Source: an uncultured bacterium (GTDB lineage Bacteria > Zixibacteria > MSB-5A5 > CAIYYT01). From it: a stretch of 64,000 bases of DNA. The stretch covers positions 640,001 to 704,000 of the forward strand of contig CAVSCK010000004.1 of assembly GCA_963726455.1 (NCBI GenBank), written 5' to 3'. Below are positions 1 through 9,671 of this stretch, piece by piece; position 1 is the stretch's first letter; each line of letters begins with the position of its first letter. Made by a program: the position numbers and the translations under genes. The notes under the pieces are model-generated. The model was not told the DNA's origin and made no database searches. It saw nothing but the letters and a program-made list of their open reading frames with translations.

Positions 1-425
1 CGGCGAGCTTGACGGCGACGATTAACACCCACCCGCTGCTGCTTGTAGAAGATTGGTCCCGGAGAATCAAATTTGATTGCCAACCCGACCAGGCCCATCA
101 GCGGTAGCAGACAGATCAATCCCAGCAGCGCACAAATCCAGTTAAACGCAAAACGTGCTCTATCGATCGGTGTCAAATAGCTTCTAGTGGTTATGCTCCG
201 GCTTTTAGTCTTAGCCAGGAACGCAAATACGAAGGCATTGGAAACGGCGTATTCACCGAAAAAGTACTTAGTCCCTCTCAGAAATATGTTCCAGCTTTCC
301 TTAAGCTGAACAACAGGCCGGATGTTCCAGCGCGGCTCCTCATAAACTATGTCTGAGTGGTAGCTCGCTGCCGATGCAGCTTTCAGATATTTCTGAGAGT
401 GTCCCAACTCTTTGAGGGTACGCAT
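1..425 (-). CDS. Polyprenyl-phosphate sugar transferase (Bac_transf/WcaJ-like), 3' truncated by the window edge
   Basis: Not in the ORF track. Manual translation from ATG at 425 (RBS AAGGAG) is open to the edge and gives a TM segment followed by AIKFDSPGPIFYKQQRVG, the hallmark of this family. Confidence 0.85.
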   Translation of the reverse strand, partial: MRTLKELGHSQKYLKAASAASYHSDIVYEEPRWNIRPVVQLKESWNIFLRGTKYFFGEYAVSNAFVFAFLAKTKSRSITTRSYLTPIDRARFAFNWICALLGLICLLPLMGLVGLAIKFDSPGPIFYKQQRVGVNRRRQAR

Positions 426-486
426 AAAAATGTCGCTCCTTGGTTACTTGGCCAGTACCATGCAGCTCTATATAGGTCTAGTCTAG

Positions 487-502
487 AGCAAATTCGTTGC
501 CA
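487..502 (-). promoter_or_regulatory. Sigma-54 (-24/-12) promoter of the sugar transferase
   Basis: Minus strand TGGCAACGAATTTGCT, GG-N10-GC, about 60 bp upstream of the ATG. Confidence 0.75.
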
Positions 503-803
503 GACGGATTTGCGCGGGAAACAGGGATGCCAAACGCCATCACCATCCGCGCATCTGCCTTCCTATCTCTCTCTTAAATAGCTGGTTATCCCGATAACTT
601 AAGATGTTACTTCAGGTCGCCGCCTGATATAGATTTCTCCCCTTGGCAAATCCCCCTATTGCCGTCAACTTCTCGTGTCACATTTCGTGCAATTAGTTGC
701 ACATTCGGTGTATTCTGTCAACTAAGCCGAAGCTTAGCACTGTGTTACAATTGGTACGACCGTGCTAAGCTTCGTGTTTGTGGAGAGGGCGAAAAAGTGG
801 CTG

Positions 804-1724
804 CTATTTGCCGAAGCGGTAAGAAGCCGTTATCTGATGGATACCGTCCAAGGACGAGGACGGACGGTACGAGTAGTCGATGCCGACAGGACTGACATTC
901 AGGCCAACACCGAAGCTCAGTCCACCTGAGGTAGCGGTCTGGTTCTGTAGTGATGAGCTATAGCCCACGCGCAGAGCCAGATTGCCGTTGTAATGGTATT
1001 CGATGCCTGATCCCATTGAGAACAGGCCTTCATTGCTCCGTGTGGCCCCCAGGGAGATGATCGAGCCCCCACCCAGCGTGCGGTATGCCGCGCCGACGTT
1101 GATCGTCTTGGGAAGGCCTACGCGCTCGTTTACGAACTTCAGCGAGCCACCCCAGTTGGCCATTTGAGCGCCAAGCGAGAACTGCCCCAAATCGGCAATT
1201 ACGCCTAAATCCGCAGTTATTGTGCGCGCAGAAAACGACCCTAATCGCTCGAAGACCGGCTTAACCGCTGCTCCAATTGATATTTCGTCAGTGAGCCGCT
1301 GCGAAAAGGCGACGTTGACGCACATCGAATAAGCGCTGAGGACTCCTGTGGAGTTCCCCTGAACGTCATAGCCCTCAATTGAGCCATAGCCAAGGTAATT
1401 CACCCCGAAGCCAATTCCTGAGCCGCTACCGAGCGGATAAGCGATGCCCAGGTTCTCCAGCTTGAGATCCTGATAGAGCTGGGAATGCGAAACTGAAATC
1501 TCGCCAATGCCCCGGCGGCCGATTCCGGCCGGATTGTAATAAAGCGCGCCGGCGCCTTCCGCGACTGCAACCCACGCACCACCGACAGCGGCGCCGCGCG
1601 AATAAGGCGATATTTTGAGGAATTCGCCGCTCGAAGTGCCTTCGCCGGCGATCAACTGAATGGAAAGTATGTTGAGGAATACGAGTAAAGATGTGAAGAC
1701 TTTTCTGAAGAAGACCCAACTCAT
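804..1724 (-). CDS. PorV/PorQ-family outer-membrane beta-barrel
   Basis: Signal peptide, FLKISPYSRGAAVGGA...ALYYNPAG motif, amphipathic beta strands, C-terminal YRF. Confidence 0.8.
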   Translation of the reverse strand: MSWVFFRKVFTSLLVFLNILSIQLIAGEGTSSGEFLKISPYSRGAAVGGAWVAVAEGAGALYYNPAGIGRRGIGEISVSHSQLYQDLKLENLGIAYPLGSGSGIGFGVNYLGYGSIEGYDVQGNSTGVLSAYSMCVNVAFSQRLTDEISIGAAVKPVFERLGSFSARTITADLGVIADLGQFSLGAQMANWGGSLKFVNERVGLPKTINVGAAYRTLGGGSIISLGATRSNEGLFSMGSGIEYHYNGNLALRVGYSSSLQNQTATSGGLSFGVGLNVSPVGIDYSYRPSSSLDGIHQITASYRFGK

Positions 1725-1776
1725 CCGATTACCACTCCCGTGAAAGATGTTGTTATAAAACGTTCACGGAGATAAT

Positions 1777-1792
1777 GGCAACCTCCATGCCG
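1777..1792 (-). promoter_or_regulatory. Candidate sigma-54 promoter of the PorV-like gene
   Basis: Minus strand CGGCATGGAGGTTGCC, GG-N10-GC with TTGC, about 55 bp upstream of the start. Confidence 0.55.
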
Positions 1793-2297
1793 CCTGGCTC
1801 CGCCCTGCCCTGGAATTAGTCTTCCTTGTGTCGAACGTTTTCCGTTCAATACTATTCCTTTGTGTTTCAACAGCTTACCTGGCACACCCAAAAGCGCGAA
1901 CTCCAATGCGCCAGCCAAACTGTCACGTCAAAAAGTGAAGTAAATCACGGCTAGCTGTTCCGTCTCAGAACAAACGCCTTGTCCTGCGAGGCCGTATTAA
2001 ACGTACAAGGTTATTGCAGAGCGGCTTAACACCATCTGTGCAAACCGTGGACACCTGTACATTATGTCGGCAGTAGCCGCGGAAAATCCAGTTACCGAAG
2101 TAGTATAGACAACCGACTCTACCTGTTGGAGTTGGCGGCCATTACACCACAAGTTATGGTAGAGACGCGAAGCCAGTCAACAATAACTAATTCAATTTGA
2201 AAATAAATTTTGGACTTTTTGCTGTCCCCCTGCTGAACAGTCAGCAAGAACCGGAATTGAGCAGCATTTAGAGTCCAGATAGCCGGTAGGAACTGTC

Positions 2298-3119
2298 TTA
2301 CGGAGTCTTTTTCGGCGCAGGTTTGGGCAATCGATCCCGGTACTTAACAAATCGCGCCTCATTTTCGACTCGAGTTGTATCGGCCTGAAACTGCGCGGCG
2401 ATCATTTGATTAACCTGATCGATGCGGACCTGTGTATCAGGATGCGACGCGGATAATTTTTCAAAGACATTCTCGGTCCCCGGCGCTAACGATTTCAATA
2501 TCTCGAATAGTTCCAGCGCGCCTTTTGGGTTGTAGCCGGCTGCTGTCATGTAGATGACGCCATACTTGTCTGCCTCAAGTTCGTTGGAGCGGGAGTATCC
2601 CTGCATGGCGATACCGAGTCCGGCGTTCACTACGTCTTTTGTAGCGCTCGCGTTGCTCCCGAAAGCAATCTGCTCTAGAATTGTCAGGCCAAACATCGAC
2701 TGCAATCGTTTGATCGAATGCCGCGCGACCACGTGGCTGATCTCATGCCCCGTTACGGCAGCGAGTTCTGCTTCGTTGTTGATGTGACGCAAGAGGCCGG
2801 TGTAAATGTAGACGTAGCCGCCGGGCGTTGCGAAGGCGTTGATTTGATCTGATTCGATAACGGTGAAGTGATATTGAATATCCTTGCGATCGCAGACATT
2901 GACAATCGATTGCCCGATCTCGTTGAAGTAATCCTGCCAAACGGTGTCAGCAAGGATCTTGTTCTCCTGCCGAATCTGCTTGTCGAACTCCTGCCCGAGT
3001 GAGACCTCTTCTCCGGAAGAGATGAAGATCAACGATTTCTTCCCGCCCGGACCGGTGGTGGCGCAGGAGAGAATCAGCGATACAATAATGACCGTAATCC
3101 AACTCGCGATATGCTTCAT
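2298..3119 (-). CDS. M48-family Zn metalloprotease lipoprotein (BepA/LoiP-like)
   Basis: Lipobox ILSC, INAFATPGG, HEISH zincin motif, YSRSNELEAD, SHP. Confidence 0.9.
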   Translation of the reverse strand: MKHIASWITVIIVSLILSCATTGPGGKKSLIFISSGEEVSLGQEFDKQIRQENKILADTVWQDYFNEIGQSIVNVCDRKDIQYHFTVIESDQINAFATPGGYVYIYTGLLRHINNEAELAAVTGHEISHVVARHSIKRLQSMFGLTILEQIAFGSNASATKDVVNAGLGIAMQGYSRSNELEADKYGVIYMTAAGYNPKGALELFEILKSLAPGTENVFEKLSASHPDTQVRIDQVNQMIAAQFQADTTRVENEARFVKYRDRLPKPAPKKTP

Positions 3120-3145
3120 ATGGGAGAGACCTCCTTTCGGCGTTG

Positions 3146-3174
3146 ATACTACTTCGGCGCCTGTTTCATGTCAA
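3146..3174 (-). promoter_or_regulatory. Sigma-70-type promoter
   Basis: TTGACA-N17-TAGTAT upstream of the M48 gene. Confidence 0.55.
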
Positions 3175-3217
3175 CCTAAACATTACGGACAGGATGGCGA
3201 GGCGGCGCAAACGAAAG

Positions 3218-3244
3218 CGCCGTCAGGAGTCTCTCCTGACGGCG
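3218..3244. repeat. CCGTCAGGA..TCCTGACGG palindrome, copy 1 (REP-like or terminator)
   Basis: cgccgtcaggag-tct-ctcctgacggcg; near-identical copies at 5544-5574 and 39190-39213. Confidence 0.75.
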
Positions 3245-3334
3245 ATAATGGCGGAATTTAAATATCAGTTCCTACGGCAGTGCACTGCCGACGGCCAGGC
3301 AGTCAAATGGGTAAACGAAATGCGCATTCGCCTG

Positions 3335-3814
3335 TTATGCGCAGTGTGGTGACGCGCCTCCACTGAAGATATATTGTATCAAATACACCGCATCGGAAAT
3401 ATCAACGGCGCCATCTCCGTTCGCGTCGCCGAAGCCGTGTGGCACGTTACAATCTGCCGGAGCCGTCCCGCCCGAAAAGATGTAAGCGATCAAGAAGACA
3501 ACGTCGGAAATGTCAATCGCGCCGCTGCCATCGGCATCGCCGCAACTGTTACAGACTCCCGCGGTAAAATTCTGCTCAAACCCTTCGATCAGCTTAAGTG
3601 AACCGTTGGTGCCTCCACCCGCTGCACCCTGTCCCACCGTGCTGTACAACACCATGGTCCCCGAAGTGCCCCGCTGACCGCCCGGGGAAACGACTTGCCA
3701 CTTGAGTTGTTCGCCCGATCGAGTCAGATGCTCGTCCGCGAGCAGGCCGCTGTTCCAACTCGCCAGGATCATTATCATCACCGACATCATTGCCGAGAAG
3801 CTTATCTTTGTCAT
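3335..3814 (-). CDS. Small secreted protein with C-terminal dockerin-like domain
   Basis: Signal peptide, Gly-rich N-domain (WQVVSPGG...STVGQ...GF), duplicated GDADGSGAIDISDVVFLIAYIF / GDANGDGAVDISDAVYLIQYIF. Confidence 0.85.
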   Translation of the reverse strand: MTKISFSAMMSVMIMILASWNSGLLADEHLTRSGEQLKWQVVSPGGQRGTSGTMVLYSTVGQGAAGGGTNGSLKLIEGFEQNFTAGVCNSCGDADGSGAIDISDVVFLIAYIFSGGTAPADCNVPHGFGDANGDGAVDISDAVYLIQYIFSGGASPHCA

Positions 3815-5336
3815 GGGCTACCCCTACTTCTTCTCGGACAAGAAGTTTCTCGACCATAGTGCGGAGTTGTTGAACTTCGGCCTCAAGTTGATCAATTTTC
3901 TTGGTCTTGTCATTCAATCGCTGTGAAAGTTCCTTGGCAACTGCAAGAGCAATGCCGGCCGGATCGATCGTCGAGATCGACTTGCCGTCGCTGCCGACGC
4001 CGAATGTGGCCTGAAAGTCCTGGGCCGTTGGGCCGATGTGTACGACGCCCGGATTACCTTTATAGTTCCACTTGGTGATCGCCAGTTGCGTGAGTTCCTG
4101 CAGCAATTTGGCGCCATCAATATCAGTGAAATTTTCTTTGGAATTGGCGTCCGAAGCGTTCACCCAATTGGTTCCGTCGCAATACGCGCCACCATCCACG
4201 TCTATTTTCTCAACAGGTGTCTTGCCGACTCCTACCTTTCCAGCAAAAAAACCGCTGCCGTCGGAAGCTAGGACGACCTTGTGAACGCCGCTTTCATCAA
4301 TCGCAATGTTGCCTTGAACTGTCCCGTCCGAAGACTTCGTTATCTGGTCGGCGATGTGAACGCCGCTTTCATCTATGGCGATGCTGCCCTGGGTTGTCCC
4401 ATCAGAGGCCTTAGTTATTTGGCTCGCGATGTGAACGCCTGGCTCGTCAATGGCGATGCCCGCTTGCCCGGAATCCACTGACGAGATGACTTGCCCGTCG
4501 ACTATGCCATCGCCATTAAAATCCATGCTGCATACGCTATGGGCAGCATCCAGGGAAGTGCTTGAGGAAGCTGAGACCGCTCGACCTGCCGGGCCGGTGC
4601 CCTTGGTGTTGATAGCGTGTGCGGCCATAGTGGCTGAGCTGGTTGATGTGACGCTGTTATCCGGGATGCCGTCGCCGTTGACATCCGTCCCCTCGACAAG
4701 GCGAGTCGCATCGGCGCCGGCATTAAGCAAAACGGCGGTGTGCTGGCCCCTGGCCCGGAGTTCGAGTTTGGTTGAGTCGTTGTCGGCAATGATCTTGGCC
4801 ACATGCACGCCCGATTCATCGATGGCGATGGAAGCCGAGTCATTAGCAGAAGTAAACGCAATACTTTTCGAGCCGAAGGAGTTGTTGGCAGTCATTCGGC
4901 CCGGGGAGGTCTGGATGTCGCCGGAGACGCTGCCGGATACCACCGAGTAAGGAGCAGCCGACAAGGGAGTACGGGGCAAAATTGGTGACTGACCCGCAAT
5001 CTGTATCTGAAGATAGCGAAGGACGGCTCCACCTTCCGTGCTCCCACCGGTGAGAAGATCCGAACTCAAAGGTGTAGTAGCACCCAGCGCGACCGTAAAC
5101 AAACCGTCGGCTACCTGAACATCCGTATGACTTTCAGTCCAAAGCAGTGTTCCTCCAACAGCAGCGTCGTAAATTTGATATATGATTGTGTAAGTTCCGG
5201 TAATCGGGTGGTCGGTGGTATCGAGAAGACGTCCCTGGTGATTTAGGACCAAGGGCACTGCGGCGAAAACACTGGATATCGCGACGGCAACACAAAGCAT
5301 TGCCATCATAATTGTCAGCCGATAAAATAATCTCAC
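3594..5336 (-). CDS. Secreted tail-fibre-like protein with C-terminal peptidase S74 (intramolecular chaperone) domain
   Basis: GTG at 5336 after AAGGAG; signal peptide; WVNASD..SKENF...WNYK...HIGPTAQDF S74 signature plus coiled coil. The true stop is probably TAG at 3824-3826, since a single indel extends the ORF over the next gene. Confidence 0.8.
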   Translation of the reverse strand: MRLFYRLTIMMAMLCVAVAISSVFAAVPLVLNHQGRLLDTTDHPITGTYTIIYQIYDAAVGGTLLWTESHTDVQVADGLFTVALGATTPLSSDLLTGGSTEGGAVLRYLQIQIAGQSPILPRTPLSAAPYSVVSGSVSGDIQTSPGRMTANNSFGSKSIAFTSANDSASIAIDESGVHVAKIIADNDSTKLELRARGQHTAVLLNAGADATRLVEGTDVNGDGIPDNSVTSTSSATMAAHAINTKGTGPAGRAVSASSSTSLDAAHSVCSMDFNGDGIVDGQVISSVDSGQAGIAIDEPGVHIASQITKASDGTTQGSIAIDESGVHIADQITKSSDGTVQGNIAIDESGVHKVVLASDGSGFFAGKVGVGKTPVEKIDVDGGAYCDGTNWVNASDANSKENFTDIDGAKLLQELTQLAITKWNYKGNPGVVHIGPTAQDFQATFGVGSDGKSISTIDPAGIALAVAKELSQRLNDKTKKIDQLEAEVQQLRTMVEKLLVREEVGVAHDKDKLLGNDVGDDNDPGELEQRPARGRASDSIGRTTQVASRFPGRSAGHFGDHGVVQHGGTGCSGWRHQRFT

Positions 5337-5543
5337 TGAGATTTCTCCTTTTTGTCGCGGCGTTTGGGCAAGTTGTCGATTGGGTTTCGCATATATAACT
5401 AATTCGGTCTTATTAGTCAATGAATTTCGCACTTAGGTTTTGAAATCGTGCCAAATATAGGACGCAAATCCTCTGGTCGGGAGAATGCGAGGCAGACAGC
5501 CGTTCGGCCTTCCCGGATGACTTCCGGCTCGGACACAAAAGAG

Positions 5544-5574
5544 TGCGCCGTCAGGAATCTTTCCTGACGGCGCA
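5544..5574. repeat. CCGTCAGGA..TCCTGACGG palindrome, copy 2
   Basis: tgcgccgtcaggaa-tct-ttcctgacggcgca, 14-bp perfect stem downstream of the GNAT gene. Confidence 0.75.
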
Positions 5575-5663
5575 TAGCTTTGGGGTATACTGAGGGCATC
5601 CGCATTAGGCCCGACATGGGTTCACCAAAAACGGTGACGCCCGTGGCGGCCGTGAGGTACGGG

Positions 5664-6089
5664 CTACTTCTTCTTCGAGAAGACCATCGCTTTCACGCGA
5701 TTGCGCGCGGTGGGTTTGGCGCCTTCAGGAGCCGGAATAATCTTGCGGGATAATTCACGCGGCACCTGTTTTGAGGGCACAAAGTTGAACTGCTCGAAAT
5801 ACTTCGGCATGTCGGTTGCCAGCCAGATCGTTTCCGGGCCAGTGTCGAGCAGCTTCTTAACGATCATTTTGCCCCAGCCCTTACCGCGCTGCCCATCAGC
5901 AACTCCGATACACTCGATCTCTGCGTAATTGTCAATAACCCGTAAGCAACCATATGCCAAGAGCTTCTCGTCGCTCTTGAGGATGGTGAACTTTTCGGGC
6001 TGCATCAGATCGGGACCGAGCTGGAAGTGTTGGGCAAGGCGTCTGACCTGTCTAAATTCGGTCTCGGACGGCCTTTTGAAAATCAGCAT
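5664..6089 (-). CDS. GNAT-family N-acetyltransferase
   Basis: Acetyl-CoA binding motif VADGQRGKGWG and YFEQFNF. Confidence 0.85.
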   Translation of the reverse strand: MLIFKRPSETEFRQVRRLAQHFQLGPDLMQPEKFTILKSDEKLLAYGCLRVIDNYAEIECIGVADGQRGKGWGKMIVKKLLDTGPETIWLATDMPKYFEQFNFVPSKQVPRELSRKIIPAPEGAKPTARNRVKAMVFSKKK

Positions 6090-6210
6090 CGTTTCCTCCG
6101 CACAAAACTACTAAAATACCGCTGCATAGCGGATCCACTTCTAGAACCAGCACCTGAGGCCGGTGCTATCGTAGACAAAAAATATACGCAATCTTGAGCG
6201 GATAGTCAAC

Positions 6211-6609
6211 TTAAATCTTAAGTTTATCGGCCTGATCGCCCACGAATGGGATCGTAAACTCTTTCCCCTGAATGGAATAGAGAATTCCGGCAACGGCGCA
6301 GCCGACGGACAGGATTAGGAGCATTCCCCAGAACAGGTTAGATATAATGTCAAACATGAAGAAGACAGCCAGGATTTCAATGAAGAGCAAGATCAGCCCT
6401 TGTTTGCCGTGACGAAATGCAAACGGATTGTCACGCATTTTGGTGAGAGGTATGAAACAAAGGAACGGCACGTAGCCGAGAATGGCGGCGGCCTTCCCCT
6501 CTTCGATCATTGCCTCTTCATCTTTGGGAGGGATATACCCCTCTTCCCCGGTCTCTTCGCCGTTAATCCCGCCATTGGCAAGATTATCCGAGATGTCCTG
6601 ATCTTTCAT
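6211..6609 (-). CDS. Small membrane protein (DUF4870-like)
   Basis: AAILGYVPFL...FAFRHGKQGL...IPFVG pattern, three TM segments. Confidence 0.7.
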   Translation of the reverse strand: MKDQDISDNLANGGINGEETGEEGYIPPKDEEAMIEEGKAAAILGYVPFLCFIPLTKMRDNPFAFRHGKQGLILLFIEILAVFFMFDIISNLFWGMLLILSVGCAVAGILYSIQGKEFTIPFVGDQADKLKI

Positions 6610-6624
6610 GAACTCACTCCTCGC

Positions 6625-8781
6625 TCACACTTGCCAGAAAAGTGTTTCCCCGCGATTGGGCAGATCGAGAAATAGATAATCGGCTTCCGGCCATCTTTCA
6701 ACAACTTTTTCGTTTTCTTTAAGACTGACCGCAAAATAAAGGCGCTTTTCCCGCTCGCATTTCGAAGCGTCGCGCGGGATTGACAGCTCCGCCAGCTTAT
6801 CCCAACCCGACTCGACCTTCAGAGCTACAGGTTCCCAACCGCCGGACGTTTGCCTCAGAAAATGCGCGCCGGTCTTGTTGACAGTCAACATGTGTTTGTC
6901 CTCGCAGACCAGCTCGAATTGCAGCTCCGTGGTCTGCAAATCAATTACGGCATCTTTTTCGAAATCAACACGGAAATATACGCGGTCATCGTCATAGCCA
7001 AAAAGGATCTCGTGGATTCGGGCGTCGGCGCGATGCATGGATCCGCCGAGCTTGTGGCACTCAACCCTGCCGGCGCCGAACCATTCAAAGTAATCCGTTT
7101 GTCTGCCGTCGATCATAGGCGTGATAAAGTCGGTCGGTTCATGCAAACCGGCTAGTTTGGCAATCTTGCGAATCGGCTGAGTCAGTGACGAAGGCGGCTC
7201 CTCACCGATAATCTCCCAGACATTGAGAAGATTCTTGCGGAAGAGATAGTCGAACATTTCGAAGAAGGCGGTTTGGTGTTCATCGCCGTACCACCAGCAC
7301 CAGTCGGAGCCCTCGGCAATGTAAATCTCTTTCCAGGCCTGATCTGACTTGACCTTATCGAAGTCGGGATGCACCTTGAGAAACTCGACCAGATGGTCAC
7401 GCGTAGCGCCGAGCAGATCCCAGGCCGTGTTGTCTTCCTCGTGCCCAATCCAGACACGGAAATTGTGATTTATCCAGGAGCCCGAAAATAGGAATGGCAG
7501 ACGCTTGATTTCCCCGTTAGCGGCGAACACATCGGAAGGAAGCACCGTCTCAATCAGTTTATCTTTTTCCAGCTTGGTGTATAGAGCGCGCAGGAAATCG
7601 ACACCATCGTTGGGATAATACTCCCAGGCGTTTTCGCCATCAAGAATAACCGAGACCAGTGCATTGAACCCCTGTTTCTCGTATCCGACTGCGAGCTTGT
7701 GCAGTTCGGCGACGAAATCATCGGCGGCTTTTTCCGCATCCCAGTTGGAATAGACAAAGCCAATTTTGTCGGACAACCGATGGTCACGGAACATTATTCC
7801 GATGCGCTCAGCGTCGGCGCCCACGAAATACGGCTGATGGATGCTGTCGGCTTGCAGCGCCGGGTCGCGTTGTTTGGACACGGAATTTGCCGTGGAAGCG
7901 TAATAGATTTCCTCGTCACTGGCCATCCACCTGATTCCGTGCCTGTAGAGAATCGGTAGAATGTCTTCCGATACGGAACCTTCAGACGGCCACATGCCGC
8001 TACAAGCGGCCGCGAAAATATTGCGATACATTTCCACCGCTCCGGCTACCTGCACCTCGGCATCCTCCGGATGACTGAAGCGCTTGCGCGGCAGAGTGAT
8101 GTTGGGCAGCGCCATGCGCGCGGCTTCGGTGTCGCAAAGAAGGGGTAGAATCGGGTGATAATACGGCGAGAAGGAAATCTCGATCTTTCCGGCGCTGCGA
8201 CGGTCACGATAAGCCGGAATTATCCGACCAAGAATATCAATTTGAAGACTCAAGATGGCGTTCTTGTCGTCCTCCGTGTAGTCCCTGCCCTTGCGATAAA
8301 GCGCTTTGATCTGCTTGTCCGTCCGCAAAGTCGGATCGATCCAGACGGCGTTGGACCAAAACTGCAGATCAAGATAGTCCTGCTCGGTCAGGCCGTGGAC
8401 GCCGCCGCGTCCGGCCTTGTCACGGCATTTGTGATACAGCTCGTTGTACCGGGGATATGGCTTGATCATGGTCGGGTAATGCGCCGAAAAGAAATTGTCG
8501 ACGATTTCAGATTTTTCATCGTCGGCCAATTCTGACGCACGCAGCCGCGAGAGCGCCAAGTGCCTGTCAGCGGCGTCATGTTCTGTGTAGTCGATTATCT
8601 GTTCAAGAAGAGACGGCACCAGGTTGAAGGTCTGCTTGATGTGGGGAAACTCATCGAGAAGCAACAGCATGTCGAGATAATCTTTGGTGCCGTGTAGACG
8701 CACCCACGGCAAAAGATAATCCCCTGTCTTGAGATCCTTATAGAAGGGTTGGTGCATGTGCCAGACGAAAGCGACTCTCAT
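6625..8781 (-). CDS. Glycoside hydrolase family 57 (amylopullulanase/alpha-amylase-like)
   Basis: WHMHQP, YYHPILPL, GMWPSEG, ILDGENAWE and AEGSDWCWW conserved regions. Confidence 0.93.
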   Translation of the reverse strand: MRVAFVWHMHQPFYKDLKTGDYLLPWVRLHGTKDYLDMLLLLDEFPHIKQTFNLVPSLLEQIIDYTEHDAADRHLALSRLRASELADDEKSEIVDNFFSAHYPTMIKPYPRYNELYHKCRDKAGRGGVHGLTEQDYLDLQFWSNAVWIDPTLRTDKQIKALYRKGRDYTEDDKNAILSLQIDILGRIIPAYRDRRSAGKIEISFSPYYHPILPLLCDTEAARMALPNITLPRKRFSHPEDAEVQVAGAVEMYRNIFAAACSGMWPSEGSVSEDILPILYRHGIRWMASDEEIYYASTANSVSKQRDPALQADSIHQPYFVGADAERIGIMFRDHRLSDKIGFVYSNWDAEKAADDFVAELHKLAVGYEKQGFNALVSVILDGENAWEYYPNDGVDFLRALYTKLEKDKLIETVLPSDVFAANGEIKRLPFLFSGSWINHNFRVWIGHEEDNTAWDLLGATRDHLVEFLKVHPDFDKVKSDQAWKEIYIAEGSDWCWWYGDEHQTAFFEMFDYLFRKNLLNVWEIIGEEPPSSLTQPIRKIAKLAGLHEPTDFITPMIDGRQTDYFEWFGAGRVECHKLGGSMHRADARIHEILFGYDDDRVYFRVDFEKDAVIDLQTTELQFELVCEDKHMLTVNKTGAHFLRQTSGGWEPVALKVESGWDKLAELSIPRDASKCEREKRLYFAVSLKENEKVVERWPEADYLFLDLPNRGETLFWQV

Positions 8782-8799
8782 CCGGCACCTGTGGTTCGT

Positions 8800-9498
8800 T
8801 TACTCGTACTCGCCCTGGTCGTATGTGAGAAATCCCTTTTCGATCATCAGGATCTTTGCCAGACGGAACTTTTCAGAAGTAATTCCCTTCTTCTGCAAGT
8901 ATCCATAAGCTTCCTTGGCTGTGGCCTGATCGCCTGCTTTGATGGCATTATCAACGGCGCCGAACAAATTACTTTCGGCTGTCACTGCACCGGAATCGGC
9001 GCGGGCAACTTCGAGATACTGTTTCGCGGCCTCGTTATACTTGCCGAGGGCGCTAAGTGAAGCGGCAATACCTTCCATGGCAGAGTATTTCGAGACGTCA
9101 TCCATCGCAAACTTGTCGATATATGTGCGGTATGCCTGTTGGGCTTTGTCGTAGTCATTGGTTTGGAAATAGAGGTTGGCAAGTTGGAACGCGGCCTGTT
9201 TAGCGGCGGCGGAACCACCGTAATCATCAATAACCTTTTGAAAATCGATGGCAGCGACCTGACCCTGATTATTGCGCATTTCGACTTCGGCGCGACCGAG
9301 CAGATCGAAGGCGTCAGTGTCCTTACGGGAGGATTGCGACACAAAGAACCAAATAGCTACCACGACAATCACCAAGACGCCGGCCGCGATCAAGAGGGTA
9401 TTGAGATTTTCCTCGGCCCACTCGCGGGTCTTGAACACGGTGGTAATGAACTGGTCTTCCTTCATCTGCTGCTTGGTGATTCTTTTCTGATGTGTCAT
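8800..9498 (-). CDS. Membrane-anchored TPR protein (YfgM-like)
   Basis: N-terminal MKEDQF, single TM, TPR-like helices. Confidence 0.75.
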   Translation of the reverse strand: MTHQKRITKQQMKEDQFITTVFKTREWAEENLNTLLIAAGVLVIVVVAIWFFVSQSSRKDTDAFDLLGRAEVEMRNNQGQVAAIDFQKVIDDYGGSAAAKQAAFQLANLYFQTNDYDKAQQAYRTYIDKFAMDDVSKYSAMEGIAASLSALGKYNEAAKQYLEVARADSGAVTAESNLFGAVDNAIKAGDQATAKEAYGYLQKKGITSEKFRLAKILMIEKGFLTYDQGEYE

Positions 9499-9611
9499 CT
9501 AACCTCATTCTCCTGACTAAAACAGTATCCAACAGTGACTTTCGTCACGAAGAATCTACAAGATAATGATTCTTGCGCCGCTATCAACAGTTTTTTCATG
9601 CAAAATGAAAG

Positions 9612-9638
9612 GGGCGGAACCTCTGAAAGGTTCCGCCC
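9612..9638 (-). terminator. Rho-independent terminator
   Basis: gggcggaacc..ggttccgccc hairpin with a T-rich tail on the minus strand, after the barrel gene. Confidence 0.65.
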
Positions 9639-9671
9639 GTGAATTAACTTACGCTGTTAAGCCGCGCGATT

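Noticed and set aside
3594-3823. Real 220-bp overlap between the fibre and dockerin genes
   Set aside because: One indel near 3840 restores ...LLSEKK-TAG just before the next start, so it is most likely an error.
3594-5336. Prophage
   Set aside because: The S74 protein has a signal peptide and no other phage genes are present.
5438-5453. Sigma-54 promoter TGGCACGATTTCAAAA
   Set aside because: The -24 element is perfect but the -12 GC is absent.
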